DNA from: Candidatus Calditenuaceae archaeon HR02
GTDB taxonomy: Archaea; Thermoproteota; Nitrososphaeria_A; Caldarchaeales; Calditenuaceae
DNA length: 32,000 nt
NCBI GenBank assembly: GCA_002898395.1
Contig: BEHE01000013.1
Span: 1-32,000, forward strand
Direction: 5' to 3'
The notes under the pieces: generated by a model
What the model was told of the DNA's origin: nothing
What the model saw: only the letters and a program-made list of their open reading frames with translations
The model's database searches: none
In this document: positions 7,411 through 17,440 of the stretch, piece after piece
Layout: each line of letters opens with the position of its first letter
Numbering within the stretch: the first letter of the stretch is position 1
Program-made: the position numbers and the translations under genes

Positions 7411-7560
7411 ATGCCCCGGATATTCTTCAGGTGCAGGATCTGCCGCGAGGAGAGGGAGGCGGTGGTGGTCTTCGAGAAGGGAGAATATCTCCAGGTCACA
7501 TGCGAGCGCGGCCATACACAATTCATAGCCAAGAGGGAGGCGCGGATCACCGGTGGGTGA
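7411..7560 (+). CDS. possible 49-aa zinc-ribbon-like small protein
   Basis: MPRIFFRCRICREE..VTCERGHTQF has a CxxC..CxxxH pattern. It is below the ORF-track cut-off and overlaps the 3' end of the convergent gltX by 14 nt. Confidence 0.3.
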   Translation: MPRIFFRCRICREEREAVVVFEKGEYLQVTCERGHTQFIAKREARITGG

Positions 7561-9274
7561 AGATGTATCGGCCTGGGCCATCCTTTACGCAGTAGCCGAA
7601 CCGCTCAAACTGTACGACGGCCCCCTCAGCTATCTCGGACTCGTAGGGCTCGACAAGCCCCTCAACTATTCTCAAACTCTCAACGTTAAGCCCCTCCCCG
7701 CGGAAAAGCTGGTCAGGTATTAGCACTCTTAGCCTGGCCGAGCCCTCCGGAACCCACTGGATCACCTGGAGTCCCGGCTCAGGACCCCCCTCCTCGGCCC
7801 GGCAGATTAGGCCGTCGCCATTCATATCCATGACCCTGAGGTTTACAAAGTATTTGAGTCTGAACCTGTCTCCCGGCTTTAGACGCTCGGCGTCGCTTCC
7901 GGGTATGTATACAGTCTCACCCACTTCGATGGGCCTGCTCCCCATATCCACCGACGGGTGGAGGGGCGCGGTCACAATCCTCCTCCCAGCACCCTGAATG
8001 ATAATCCGCCTCGGGTTCGGGGTGAAGAAAAGCCTCGGCGTCTTCGGGTCTATTATCCTCTTGTTGATTGCGTATAGTAGCTCCCAGGAGTAGATCTTCC
8101 TGCTGGGCGTGAGGGCAACATAGAATTTGACGAACTCCCTTAAGGCCTCAGGCGATATGCCCCTTCTCCTCGCCGCGGTTACTGTGCCCAGCCTCGGGTC
8201 GTCCCAGCCCCCCACGACCCCCCGCTCGATCAACTCCCTTATCCTCCTCCTAGAGAGCGGCGTGCCCTCAAACTCGAACCTCGAATACTCTACGTAGACA
8301 GGGTTCTTCAACCCGAGCCTCTCGCGAATGGCGTCTTGGAGTGCGTCCCGGAACATGAACTCGGATGTTCTTAGGACGTGTGTGACTCCGCATACTGCGT
8401 CTTGGACTGCGACGGCGAAGTCGTATGTTGGCCAGACGATGTATCTGTCGCCCTTGAGGGGGTGTGGGTGGTCTACTATCCTGAAGAGGACGGGGTCCCT
8501 GAGGGCGGTGTTCTGGCTCAAAGGATCTCCCGCAAACCTCACGACGGCTTCTCCCTCAGACATCGCCCCTGAGAGCATCGCATCCCACTTCTCCAAGTGC
8601 CATGAAGTGTCAATCGAGCGGTGGCTGCAGGCTACTCCCTCGGCCCTCTGCCTCGACAACTCCTCTTTGCTGCAGTTGCAGACGTAGAGGTGGCCGCCCT
8701 CAAACAGCCTCCTCGCATAATCGTAGTAGAGCTCCATGTCGTCGCTGTTGTTCTTCTCCGCATCCCACTTGACGCCACACCACTTGTACCCCTCTCTATA
8801 GGAGTCGTAGTACTCCAGCCTCACCTTTCTAGGGTTTGTATCCTCAAACCTGAGCCAGAGGAATCCGCGATACCTCTCACGGTAGAGATAGTTCACTATT
8901 CCGTGGAATGCGTGTCCCAAGTGCATGTAGCCGCTGGGCTCCGGGGGTAGGCGGAGGACAACCGCGCCTTCAGCCGCGGCTGGAAGGTCCGGTAGCTGTC
9001 TCTCGGCAGCCTTCTTAGGGGCTTCTGTGAGGAGTTGTGGTGCTATCTCGGATAGCGAGGCCTCGATGGTCTGAGAATCTAGCGAGTTTACCCAGGAAAC
9101 GGCCTCCTTGACGGCCTCGACTACCTGGTTTACGACCGACTTGGCGGCGGGAAATTCGGCGATAACCTTGGAAACTACAGGCCCGACCTGCGCCTTACCC
9201 TCGTGGTCGAAGGCGTTCTTGAGGGCCCACTTCAGGGCTGCCCTCCTAATCTCCTCTACACTAACCATGTCCAT
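7547..9274 (-). CDS. gltX: glutamyl-tRNA synthetase, archaeal type
   Basis: A 575-aa ORF with PEPSGYMHLGHA (HIGH motif) and WPTYDFA. Length and layout fit archaeal/eukaryal-type GluRS. Confidence 0.9.
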   Translation of the reverse strand: MDMVSVEEIRRAALKWALKNAFDHEGKAQVGPVVSKVIAEFPAAKSVVNQVVEAVKEAVSWVNSLDSQTIEASLSEIAPQLLTEAPKKAAERQLPDLPAAAEGAVVLRLPPEPSGYMHLGHAFHGIVNYLYRERYRGFLWLRFEDTNPRKVRLEYYDSYREGYKWCGVKWDAEKNNSDDMELYYDYARRLFEGGHLYVCNCSKEELSRQRAEGVACSHRSIDTSWHLEKWDAMLSGAMSEGEAVVRFAGDPLSQNTALRDPVLFRIVDHPHPLKGDRYIVWPTYDFAVAVQDAVCGVTHVLRTSEFMFRDALQDAIRERLGLKNPVYVEYSRFEFEGTPLSRRRIRELIERGVVGGWDDPRLGTVTAARRRGISPEALREFVKFYVALTPSRKIYSWELLYAINKRIIDPKTPRLFFTPNPRRIIIQGAGRRIVTAPLHPSVDMGSRPIEVGETVYIPGSDAERLKPGDRFRLKYFVNLRVMDMNGDGLICRAEEGGPEPGLQVIQWVPEGSARLRVLIPDQLFRGEGLNVESLRIVEGLVEPYESEIAEGAVVQFERFGYCVKDGPGRYIFTHR

Positions 9275-10478
9275 GGGCTGTGGCTGACTGGATCTTCACC
9301 ACGTCCCTATCCTTCAGCCTATAGTCTGCCGGGAGCCTGAGCCCTGTTCTCGCGTCTATGGCGTAGAGTAGGCCTTTGGCCAGGTCCTTGTGAACCCTCT
9401 CTGCAAGGTCTCTGACCGTCGAGTCAGGCGGCATTAGTATGGCGTCTGGCAGGACATTACCCCGCGTATCAGTGTACTTTGTAATGTCTGCGACCGGGTA
9501 TACAACGTTCATCCCCAAGAGCTTAAAGACCGCAGTGTTGATGGCGAATTGTACGCCCGTCCTCATATACCTACCCAGTATCCGCTCGTTAATCATTTCC
9601 AGCGCCCAGAGCTGCTGCTGGGTCAGCATAGACCTGCTGATTATCTGGAACTTCTCCTCGCCGGGGAGATACTTTATCAGCCCCTTCTGCTCGGCCCGTC
9701 TCAGAATAAGCTCGGCCTCCGCGCTGCATGGAATCACTATCTTGTCAGGGAACCTCTCCTGAAGCTCCCTGTAAAACTTATCCGAGCCCTCGACATCCAT
9801 CTTATTGGCGATGATTATGGTGGGCTTGGACACCTCCCTCAAAACCTCACTGAACCTCCTATCATCCATCATACTCCAATTGTCAAAATCCTTCTCCTTG
9901 AGTCCGCTCCTCGCGAGGGCCTCCTCGACATGCTGCTGAGTAATCCTCATGCCTTTAAGCGGCTCGGAGAGGGCCTCTGCCAGGCTCTTCCCGGTCTTAA
10001 GCGTCTTTGATATCCGGTCTTGGTTCCTCTCGATAATCTTCATCAGCCAAATAACTATCTCCTCCTCTATGTCGAAGACGTCGGCCACCGGGTTACCCTT
10101 GCCAGGCTCGGTGAGCCTCCCCTCCTCGTCTACACTTCCAGAAGCGTCGACTACGTGTAGTAGTGCGTCGGACTGTGCGGCGACGGAGAGGAACTGGTTC
10201 CCAAGCCCCTTTCCAGCCCATGCACCCTTAATCAGGCCTGGGAGGTCGACTATCTCGATGGGAATGTGCCGCCACCCCTCCCTACAATACGAGTTCCTAG
10301 GACTACACTTCACCCCAAACTCCACATCCACGCAGGGGGTAACAGCGTAGCATGAGCCAACATTGGGAGACTTGGTGGTGAACGGGTATGTCGAGACCTC
10401 TGCTGAGAGTAGGGTGGCTGCGTTGAAGAACGTCGTCTTACCCGTGTTCGTCTTACCTATCAGACCAATCCTAATCAA
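9261..10478 (-). CDS. YchF/Obg-like GTPase with a C-terminal TGS-like domain
   Basis: IGLIGKTNTGKTTFFN (G1), DLPGL (G3), NKMD (G4). The longest ORF runs to 10835, but its extension overlaps the divergent permease gene and looks non-protein-like. In-frame TTG 10478 gives MIRIGLIGK. The 3' end overlaps the gltX start by 14 nt. Confidence 0.75.
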   Translation of the reverse strand: MIRIGLIGKTNTGKTTFFNAATLLSAEVSTYPFTTKSPNVGSCYAVTPCVDVEFGVKCSPRNSYCREGWRHIPIEIVDLPGLIKGAWAGKGLGNQFLSVAAQSDALLHVVDASGSVDEEGRLTEPGKGNPVADVFDIEEEIVIWLMKIIERNQDRISKTLKTGKSLAEALSEPLKGMRITQQHVEEALARSGLKEKDFDNWSMMDDRRFSEVLREVSKPTIIIANKMDVEGSDKFYRELQERFPDKIVIPCSAEAELILRRAEQKGLIKYLPGEEKFQIISRSMLTQQQLWALEMINERILGRYMRTGVQFAINTAVFKLLGMNVVYPVADITKYTDTRGNVLPDAILMPPDSTVRDLAERVHKDLAKGLLYAIDARTGLRLPADYRLKDRDVVKIQSATAHGHG

Positions 10479-10656
10479 CCGATACCCCTGACCACCAGTT
10501 TGTCGCCGCTCAGAGAAAAACCTTCCCCACTCCTTCAGCCTCTCAGTCCTCAAGATGGGCGGGTCGAGCCATGGCTCGGTGCGCGTAGTCTGAGGTGGTC
10601 TAAAATAATTTCTGTGAAAACCCATAAATACGGCTCTAAATATAAAGTCGTTGAGA

Positions 10657-11679
10657 ATGCCCACTATCAGCCCATTCATCATATACATACTTCGAAAGGG
10701 CTTATTCATCGCGGCTACCTTCTTCGCCTTCCTCCTGATCATATTCGCGCTGCCGCGGGCTATTCCAGGCAACCCGGTCGCAGCCCTACTCACCCAGATC
10801 TTCCAGCAGGCACAGGCGAACCCGGATACAGTCAAAGCAGTGTACCGTAAATTCTTGGAGGAGTTTGGACTGCATAAACCGCTGCACGAGCAGCTCTTCG
10901 ACTTCCTCTCCCGCCTGATGACTGGTGATCTGGGGACATCAATAGCCTTCTATCCGAGAAAGGTTGCTGACCTTGTAGCGTCATATCTCCCCTGGACACT
11001 CGGTCTTTTAATACCAGCCATCCTTGTTGCCTGGGCTCTTGGAAACCTCTTGGGAGCGTGGGCAGCATATAGGAGGAGGACGAGGGTTGACAATGCCCTC
11101 CTTCCAGCCTTCCTAGTGCTTTCACAGGTCCCATACTACTGGCTCGCCATGATTCTACTCTATGTACTTGCTGTTACGGCGCGGGTATTCCCCGTGGCCG
11201 GAGCCTATCCGCCGGCCATGTCCCCCTCCCTCACACCAGCCTTCATTCTCGCAATGCTACACCACTACACGCTACCGTTCCTATCAATTGTTATCGTTGC
11301 TATCGGTGGCTGGGCGATAGGGATGAGGGTCTTGGTAATCTATGAGCTCAGGTCAGACTATGTTGAGTACAGCGAGCTTCTCGGGCTCAGCGACAAGAAA
11401 ATACTCGGTTACGTGTTCAGGAACTCTATCCTACCGCAGATTACCGGCCTCGCCCTCTCGATGGGTACGGTGATGGGTGGCGCGCTGATAACTGAGCTTG
11501 TCTTCTCATATCCAGGAACTGGATACCTATTGTTTCGGGCCCTCTCAACCTTGGACTATCCTCTGATTCAGGGGACATTCATCATTCTTGTCTCAACACT
11601 GCTCGCAGCCAACCTGATAGTGGACATCCTATACGCATATATTGACCCGAGAATTAGGGTCAGCTACGTGGGTGACTGA
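10657..11679 (+). CDS. Opp/Dpp-type peptide ABC transporter permease (first)
   Basis: Multi-spanning hydrophobic protein, with the usual ..DILYAYIDPRIR C-terminus of OppB/DppB-type permeases. ATG 10657 is preferred over the TTG at 10651. Confidence 0.85.
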   Translation: MPTISPFIIYILRKGLFIAATFFAFLLIIFALPRAIPGNPVAALLTQIFQQAQANPDTVKAVYRKFLEEFGLHKPLHEQLFDFLSRLMTGDLGTSIAFYPRKVADLVASYLPWTLGLLIPAILVAWALGNLLGAWAAYRRRTRVDNALLPAFLVLSQVPYYWLAMILLYVLAVTARVFPVAGAYPPAMSPSLTPAFILAMLHHYTLPFLSIVIVAIGGWAIGMRVLVIYELRSDYVEYSELLGLSDKKILGYVFRNSILPQITGLALSMGTVMGGALITELVFSYPGTGYLLFRALSTLDYPLIQGTFIILVSTLLAANLIVDILYAYIDPRIRVSYVGD

Positions 11680-11685
11680 GAAGGA

Positions 11686-12540
11686 ATGCTACGCAACGTA
11701 TCCAAGATTATCAGTCCAGAACTCTTCACAATCAAGAAACTCGACGCCAGCCTCGCCGCCCTCCTAACCATCTTTGCTCTAGGCTTCGTCGGACCCACGA
11801 TCTACCCGGTCCAGCCGACGGCCGTGGTTGGGCCCCTCGAAACCCCGCCTTCACAACTATACCCCCTCGGGACTGATGCCTATGGGAAGGATGTCCTCGC
11901 CCAGCTCATGGCGGGTATCCGAGGCTCCCTCCAGATAGGTGCTACCGCCGCGGCGATATCGCTGCTCATAGGTGTCCTGATAGGCTTGGTGGCGGGGTAT
12001 AAGGGTAAGATCATCGATAACCTCTTGATGATGCTGACAGATATCGTGCTACTACTCCCCTCGATATTGTTGATGATCTTGGTGGCTGCGTATTTTAAGT
12101 GGAGAGACCCGCTGCTGGTCTCCATAATCATCGGTGTTACTTCTTGGCCCTGGGTTGCCAGGGCTGTTAGGTCTCAGACCCTCAGCCTCAAGAATAGAGA
12201 GTTTGTCAACCTCTCGAAGATGGCGGGGCTAAGCGACTTCCAGATAGTCATCAGGGACATACTTCCAAACGTCGCGTCATATATCTTCATGGCCTATGTT
12301 CTCTTGATGTCGGGCGCCATGCTAGCTGAGACAGGCTTAAGCATGATAGGCCTCGGAACCACCCAGGGTGCTACGCTCGGAAACATACTTTTCTGGGCCC
12401 AGGTCTTAGAGGCTGTGAGGAGGGGGCTCTGGTGGTGGTTTATCCCGCCGGGAGCCGTCCTGGTTGCCATGGCCGCCTCCCTCTTGATGATAGCAACGGC
12501 GCTTGACGAGTACTTCAACCCGCGGCTAAGGGGTAGCTAG
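11686..12540 (+). CDS. Opp/Dpp-type peptide ABC transporter permease (second)
   Basis: PLGTDAYGKDVLAQL and the membrane-spanning pattern are typical of OppC/DppC. Confidence 0.85.
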   Translation: MLRNVSKIISPELFTIKKLDASLAALLTIFALGFVGPTIYPVQPTAVVGPLETPPSQLYPLGTDAYGKDVLAQLMAGIRGSLQIGATAAAISLLIGVLIGLVAGYKGKIIDNLLMMLTDIVLLLPSILLMILVAAYFKWRDPLLVSIIIGVTSWPWVARAVRSQTLSLKNREFVNLSKMAGLSDFQIVIRDILPNVASYIFMAYVLLMSGAMLAETGLSMIGLGTTQGATLGNILFWAQVLEAVRRGLWWWFIPPGAVLVAMAASLLMIATALDEYFNPRLRGS

Positions 12541-13527
12541 ATGCCCGAGCCCCTACTACTGGGTCTTGGACTCCGCGCCTCCTATGTTCTACGGCTGGGG
12601 GAGGTTAGAGCGGTAGACGGTGTCGACATAGAGGTTCCCCGAGAAGCAATAGTTGGCCTAGCGGGAGAGTCGGGTTGCGGCAAGTCTACACTCGTCAACG
12701 TACTGCTTGCCAACATTAGGCCGCCCCTCAGGGTTAAGGCCGGAAAGATATTACTGGACGGCGTTAACCTTCTACAGATGAGCAGGGAGGAGATTAGGAA
12801 GAAGGTGTGGGGGGTAAAGGTCTCCTATGTCCCACAATCTGCCCTAAACGCCCTCAACCCCACCAAGCGGATAATCGAGCTAGTCAAAGACGCCATAACA
12901 CAGCACACGCCAGCAACCGACTGGGAGGTTGTCTCCATGACTAAGAGGAGGCTCGAAGAACTGAATCTCCCGACAGACAGCATACACAAGTATCCACACG
13001 AGCTGTCAGGGGGTATGAGGCAGAGGGTCATAATAGCGATATCGACGCTTCTAAACCCCAGACTGCTCGTCGTCGACGAGCCTACCTCAGCACTTGACGT
13101 CTCGACCCAGAAGCAAGTACTGAAAATGATGCTGGACATGAAGAGGAACAGAATAATTGACAGCATATTATTCGTTACCCACGAGCTCCCGCTCCTTAGA
13201 CAAGTGGCCACCCACGTCTACATAATGTATGCGGGAAAAATCGTCGAATACGGGCCCGCGGACCATATCTTCCAAAACCCACTCCACCCGTACACGAAGG
13301 CGTTGATGTATTCTGTAATGACCCCCGAACCCGAGGCTCGTGAGAGGGGTTTTGCGACGATTCCAGGCGAGCCACCAAGCCTGATAATGCCTCCGCAGGG
13401 CTGCAGGTTCCACCCCCGCTGCCCATACGTAATGGATATTTGCAGGAGAAGCGAGCCGAGGCTAGCCCCTGTCGGTGAGGGGCGGGGAGTTGCCTGCTTC
13501 CTCCACCACTCAGAGGTGGCTGGCTGA
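12541..13527 (+). CDS. Opp/Dpp-type ABC transporter ATP-binding protein (OppD-like)
   Basis: Walker A GESGCGKST, signature LSGGMRQR, Walker B LLVVDEPTS, and a Cys-containing oligopeptide C-terminal extension. Confidence 0.9.
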   Translation: MPEPLLLGLGLRASYVLRLGEVRAVDGVDIEVPREAIVGLAGESGCGKSTLVNVLLANIRPPLRVKAGKILLDGVNLLQMSREEIRKKVWGVKVSYVPQSALNALNPTKRIIELVKDAITQHTPATDWEVVSMTKRRLEELNLPTDSIHKYPHELSGGMRQRVIIAISTLLNPRLLVVDEPTSALDVSTQKQVLKMMLDMKRNRIIDSILFVTHELPLLRQVATHVYIMYAGKIVEYGPADHIFQNPLHPYTKALMYSVMTPEPEARERGFATIPGEPPSLIMPPQGCRFHPRCPYVMDICRRSEPRLAPVGEGRGVACFLHHSEVAG

Positions 13528-13530
13528 GAG

Positions 13531-14319
13531 ATGCTCGAGGTCAAGAATCTGAGCAAGGTCTTCACCGTCGGGCTCTTCAGCAGGCACAGAATAGAGGCAG
13601 TGAAGAATGTTTCAATGAGGGTGGGTAGGGGTGAGATAGTCTCGCTCGTCGGTGAGAGCGGCTCGGGCAAGACGACACTCTGCCGAATGATTCTCAGACT
13701 CCTAGAACCTACTTCAGGCTCCATCATATATGATGGCGTCGACGTCACCAAGCTGAAGGGGAAGAAGCTGAGATGGTATTGGAGGAAAGTCCACGGAGTC
13801 TTCCAAGACCCCTACGCGGCATTCCACCCATTCTATCGCGTGGAACGCATACTCTACCAGGCCTTCAACCTGCTCCCAGGCCTCAGCGAGGAGGAGAAGA
13901 AGGCCCGAGTACACGAGGCATTAAAGATGGTTGGGCTCAATCCAGCCGAGGTCCTCGGCAAATATCCACACGAGCTTTCAGGCGGGATGAGGCAGAGGAT
14001 AGCCATCGCGAGATGCTTCATCCTCGACCCCGAGCTAATAATAGCTGACGAGCCCGTATCGATGCTAGACGCCTCCACACGCATAGGTGTAGTCAAGTTA
14101 TTCAAAGACTTAAGAGACAGTATGGACTCATCCGTAATATTTGTGACACATGACATAGGGCTTGCATATGTGGTGAGCGACCGGGTACTGATAATGTATA
14201 AGGGCGTGATCGTCGAGGAGGGAGACCCGGTCACGGTGATGGAGAATCCAATCCACCCCTACACGAGGCGGCTTAGGGAGGATGTCCCCCTACTCTACAG
14301 GAAGTGGGAGGGCTTCTAG
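13531..14319 (+). CDS. Opp/Dpp-type ABC transporter ATP-binding protein (OppF-like)
   Basis: GESGSGKTT, LSGGMRQR, LIIADEPVS. Confidence 0.9.
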   Translation: MLEVKNLSKVFTVGLFSRHRIEAVKNVSMRVGRGEIVSLVGESGSGKTTLCRMILRLLEPTSGSIIYDGVDVTKLKGKKLRWYWRKVHGVFQDPYAAFHPFYRVERILYQAFNLLPGLSEEEKKARVHEALKMVGLNPAEVLGKYPHELSGGMRQRIAIARCFILDPELIIADEPVSMLDASTRIGVVKLFKDLRDSMDSSVIFVTHDIGLAYVVSDRVLIMYKGVIVEEGDPVTVMENPIHPYTRRLREDVPLLYRKWEGF

Positions 14320-14325
14320 GAAGTC

Positions 14326-14535
14326 TTGTCCTCACCTTTCCTCGAAAGAGCCCTACTCACAATCCTCGTATGGGGTCTACTCCTAGAGATTTTCGGGGTT
14401 ATAGTTCTAAGCAGCCAGCCCTGGAGGTTCGAGTTCTCATACCTCGTAGTACTACTGGTAATAACGCTTGCAGCGATAATACTGATAGTTTCAAGACTAA
14501 GGAAAAAATATAGTATTGGTTTGCAGGTTAGCTAG
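14326..14535 (+). CDS. possible small two-helix membrane protein
   Basis: A 69-aa ORF with two hydrophobic stretches directly after the transporter genes. It has a non-ATG start and no homology support. Confidence 0.3.
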   Translation: MSSPFLERALLTILVWGLLLEIFGVIVLSSQPWRFEFSYLVVLLVITLAAIILIVSRLRKKYSIGLQVS

Positions 14536-16540
14536 CCTTTCTCCTTCTACCTACTAGCAGACCTGCTACAGCACCGACTATGAGTGCCACGATAGCAGCT
14601 ACAGCGGTCATGGTAACGTCCGTGACTGTTTCGGTCCTAGTCACTACCTGCGTCTGTGTAAGCGCCACTGTCTGGGTGGCGAAGACTGTTCTCTCAAGCG
14701 TCCTCTCCAACGTAACAGTCACTGTAGTAGCGCCAGTGACCGTTGCAGGCGGCTGAGGCGGAGCAATAACCTTAGCCAGGTCGTCGAAGAACTTCGTGGT
14801 CGGGAACTTCAGCCTGTTTATCCAGGCTGGATATGCTGGGTCTTGCCCCTTCTTGGCGATATAGAACCATACTGGCAGATTAGAGGGCCATGACCACATA
14901 GTGTCGAACCATCCCTGATTCTCCTCAGCAGGCCAGCCAACCCAGTATTGAGCTGAGTACTCATACCAAACAGCACCGTAGAAGAGTGGAACACCTGGAA
15001 GATCCCTCAGAAAGATCTCTTGCAACCTACTATAGTACTGCTGGATCTTAGCAGGGTCGGTTTCTTTCGGTATGGCATCGATGAGTGGGATCACTTCCTG
15101 GTTCTTGTAGTTCGCCCAGTTCCCCGCTGGCCACGAGAGCCTCGGGTCCATCACCATCCTAAATACATTCCATGGATGAGCATATCCCACGCCCGCTGAC
15201 CATCCGAGCCACAGGTCTAGCTGCTTGTCTATTGAACGCTGCCACCAAACGCTGAAGTCTGGGAACTCCGTGCTAACCTCTATACCTATTGACTTGAGGT
15301 TCTGTGCTATGATCTCGCACATGGCCATCCAGTCAGTCCACCCGTAGGGCACCTGAATCGTCAAGCCCTTCAGCGGGGTACCGTCAGGAAGCTCCCTCCA
15401 CCCATCCCCATCCCTGTCGATTATTCCAGCGTCATCTAGGATTTTCTTAGCCTTATTTAGGTCATAGACAGGGTACATGGGCTCCAGCTTCTTGTCAATG
15501 TATTTGGCGGCGGGGCTTGTGTGGACGATGAGGGACGGTGACGCGCGGATGCTATAGTTATAGTATGGCTTGCTTATCAACTCATCGAACGGTATTGCGT
15601 GGGCGATCGCCCTCCTAACATTCGGGTCTGCCAACGCCTTCTTTTCATAGTTCATGTATAGGAGAATCGGGCTATCACCCAGGTAGTATGGCTGCTTGGC
15701 GAAGTATGTCCTCCTCTCAAGCCCTTTAACCTCCCACAGCTCCCAGATCTTAGGCGTGAAGTGGGTCATCGAGTCTATTTCTCCCGCCTCGAAGGCTAGC
15801 GCTGCAGCAGGGTTGTCCTTGAATGTCCTATGACATATGTACTTGGGGCGCGGAAGCCCAAAGAGGTCTCGACCCCACCAGTCATCAACCCTAGTATAGC
15901 AGAATGTGTCCTCGGTGAATCTTAATAGCCTGTAAGGGCCTGCTCCAACAATCTCCTCAGGCTTCTGCTCCATATATTCGCTGGCGATCTTGCCGCCAAT
16001 CTGTGCCTCCAGAGCTGACCATCTGTGCTGGGGAAGAATAAAAGTCGTCAGTACTCCGAGAAGTTGGAAGTAGTTCAGCTTCGCCTCACTTGTAACCAGC
16101 TGAACAGTTTTTTGGTCAATCACTTTAACCTCCTCAATATAGTCCCACATCGGCGTTAACGCCCCTATGGTATATTTCTTTCCAAGCTCGAAGGTGTATT
16201 TTACATCATTAGCAGTTACTGGCTTACCGTCCCACCACTTCGCCTCAGGCCTAATCTTTACCTCGAGGGTGTACTTGTCTATCCATCTGTAGCTCTCAGC
16301 AGCGTATGGAATCCACTCATCACTAAACCTACTATACATGAAGAGCGAGGGATACATCATTTGCGTTCCCCAATCCACAGAGGGTAGTAGCGGGTTGAAG
16401 CCCTTTGGAGGCCCCCAGTCAGAGGAGAGGTAGACCGTCTCCTCCCGCGGGATCTCCTGCGCCTGCGCAGTCGTCAACAACAGCGGCAACAAAAGCGCAA
16501 CAGCCAACAGTAAGGGCGCTGCCCTTTTCATAGCAACCAT
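14528..16540 (-). CDS. family-5 (Opp/Dpp) solute-binding protein with signal peptide and C-terminal Thr-rich linker plus membrane anchor
   Basis: A 670-aa ORF. The N-terminal hydrophobic leader ends ..TTAQAQ. The C-terminus reads TVTGATTVTVT..VAAIVALIVGAVAGLLVGRRRK, typical of archaeal binding proteins. Confidence 0.85.
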   Translation of the reverse strand: MVAMKRAAPLLLAVALLLPLLLTTAQAQEIPREETVYLSSDWGPPKGFNPLLPSVDWGTQMMYPSLFMYSRFSDEWIPYAAESYRWIDKYTLEVKIRPEAKWWDGKPVTANDVKYTFELGKKYTIGALTPMWDYIEEVKVIDQKTVQLVTSEAKLNYFQLLGVLTTFILPQHRWSALEAQIGGKIASEYMEQKPEEIVGAGPYRLLRFTEDTFCYTRVDDWWGRDLFGLPRPKYICHRTFKDNPAAALAFEAGEIDSMTHFTPKIWELWEVKGLERRTYFAKQPYYLGDSPILLYMNYEKKALADPNVRRAIAHAIPFDELISKPYYNYSIRASPSLIVHTSPAAKYIDKKLEPMYPVYDLNKAKKILDDAGIIDRDGDGWRELPDGTPLKGLTIQVPYGWTDWMAMCEIIAQNLKSIGIEVSTEFPDFSVWWQRSIDKQLDLWLGWSAGVGYAHPWNVFRMVMDPRLSWPAGNWANYKNQEVIPLIDAIPKETDPAKIQQYYSRLQEIFLRDLPGVPLFYGAVWYEYSAQYWVGWPAEENQGWFDTMWSWPSNLPVWFYIAKKGQDPAYPAWINRLKFPTTKFFDDLAKVIAPPQPPATVTGATTVTVTLERTLERTVFATQTVALTQTQVVTRTETVTDVTMTAVAAIVALIVGAVAGLLVGRRRKAS

Positions 16541-16689
16541 AGACCTAATGTACTACGATATAAAGATTTGAGGGGAAGATAATATCAGCTCTCACAGTTT
16601 TATGCATGCGCTCATCTCGGTCTCATAAGGGATTTATATATTCTCCTCGGAATTTTCTTTGGCCATGGACCCCGATGGTGTTAGGTCTG

Positions 16690-16965
16690 TACTCCTTCCG
16701 GATAGGGAGAAGGTTCCTGAACTACCTTGGAGAGTCAGGTTCAAGGGAGGTCTCAAATGCGTCTACTGCGGTTCCTCTGAGGTTAGGAAGGATGGAAAGG
16801 ACAGGATGTGAGAACAGGCACTCATTCCTCAGGTCATTCCTATCGAGTTTAAGAGGGGTAAGCAAGAGGTACCTCCAAGAATACCTATCATTCCTAGCGC
16901 TTTTGATCAACAGGCCTACAAGGTGGTTCAGTACACTGCTATCCCTTACAATGCCGATATGAGCG
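16690..16965 (+). mobile_element. internally deleted IS1595-family transposase remnant
   Basis: One frame gives [37 protein letters not shown], the N-terminal zinc ribbon. Another frame gives [22 protein letters not shown], the characteristic C-terminal motif. The catalytic middle is missing. Confidence 0.45.
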
Positions 16966-16974
16966 TATGCATGT

Positions 16975-17264
16975 ATACATCTAACTATGGGATTATCAGG
17001 GGGTGCTGTAGCTCTTGAGAGTATCCATGGTATGATGGCATAGGTTGAGGGGTCTGGATATAGCACTAGGTCGGACTCGTGTATGTCTACGAATCCCCTG
17101 ATAGATGAGCCGTCAAGCTTTGGGACGCCTGAGGAGAATGAATCCTCGTCAAGGAATTTGGCTGGAATCGTTACGTGCTGGAGCCTGCCCGGAACATCCG
17201 TGAACTGGAGGTCAATGTATTTTATGCCATTTTCAACGCTCTCCAACACTTGGTCAAGGCCCAT
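16975..17264 (-). pseudogene. glnA: glutamine synthetase N-terminal fragment, truncated
   Basis: [52 protein letters not shown] is the GlnA N-terminal beta-grasp domain. The rest of ORF 16722..17264 is read-through into the IS remnant. Confidence 0.6.
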
Positions 17265-17440
17265 CCTCCACAGTACGAGCTCGCGTTGAAAGGGAGCTGG
17301 AGGAGCAGCTATTCGACAGGCTCGTAGAAGTTGAATTCCTAAGATCGCGAGAAGGCACTCTAAGCGGGGCTGAGGAGGATCAACTTAAAACAATCAATAT
17401 CATCCGACAACCATAGTGAAGAATTAAACACCCAAACAAC

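Noticed and set aside
8328-10350. Antisense ORFs inside gltX and the GTPase gene (8328..8687, 8621..8950, 9439..9762, 9549..10010, 9949..10350). Similar shadow ORFs lie inside the opp, infB, LLM and metal-transporter genes.
   Set aside because: Each lies opposite a strongly supported conserved gene and has biased, non-protein-like composition. These are typical shadow ORFs.
10479-10835. The 119-codon N-terminal extension of the GTPase ORF.
   Set aside because: The extension overlaps the divergent permease gene and its promoter region, and it precedes the canonical M.IGLIGK P-loop start. An in-frame TTG at 10478 fits better.
16722-16974. The C-terminal ~95 residues of the 180-aa ORF 16722..17264, considered as part of a real protein.
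   Set aside because: Only the first ~95 residues are GlnA-like. The remainder is antisense read-through of the IS1595-like remnant.
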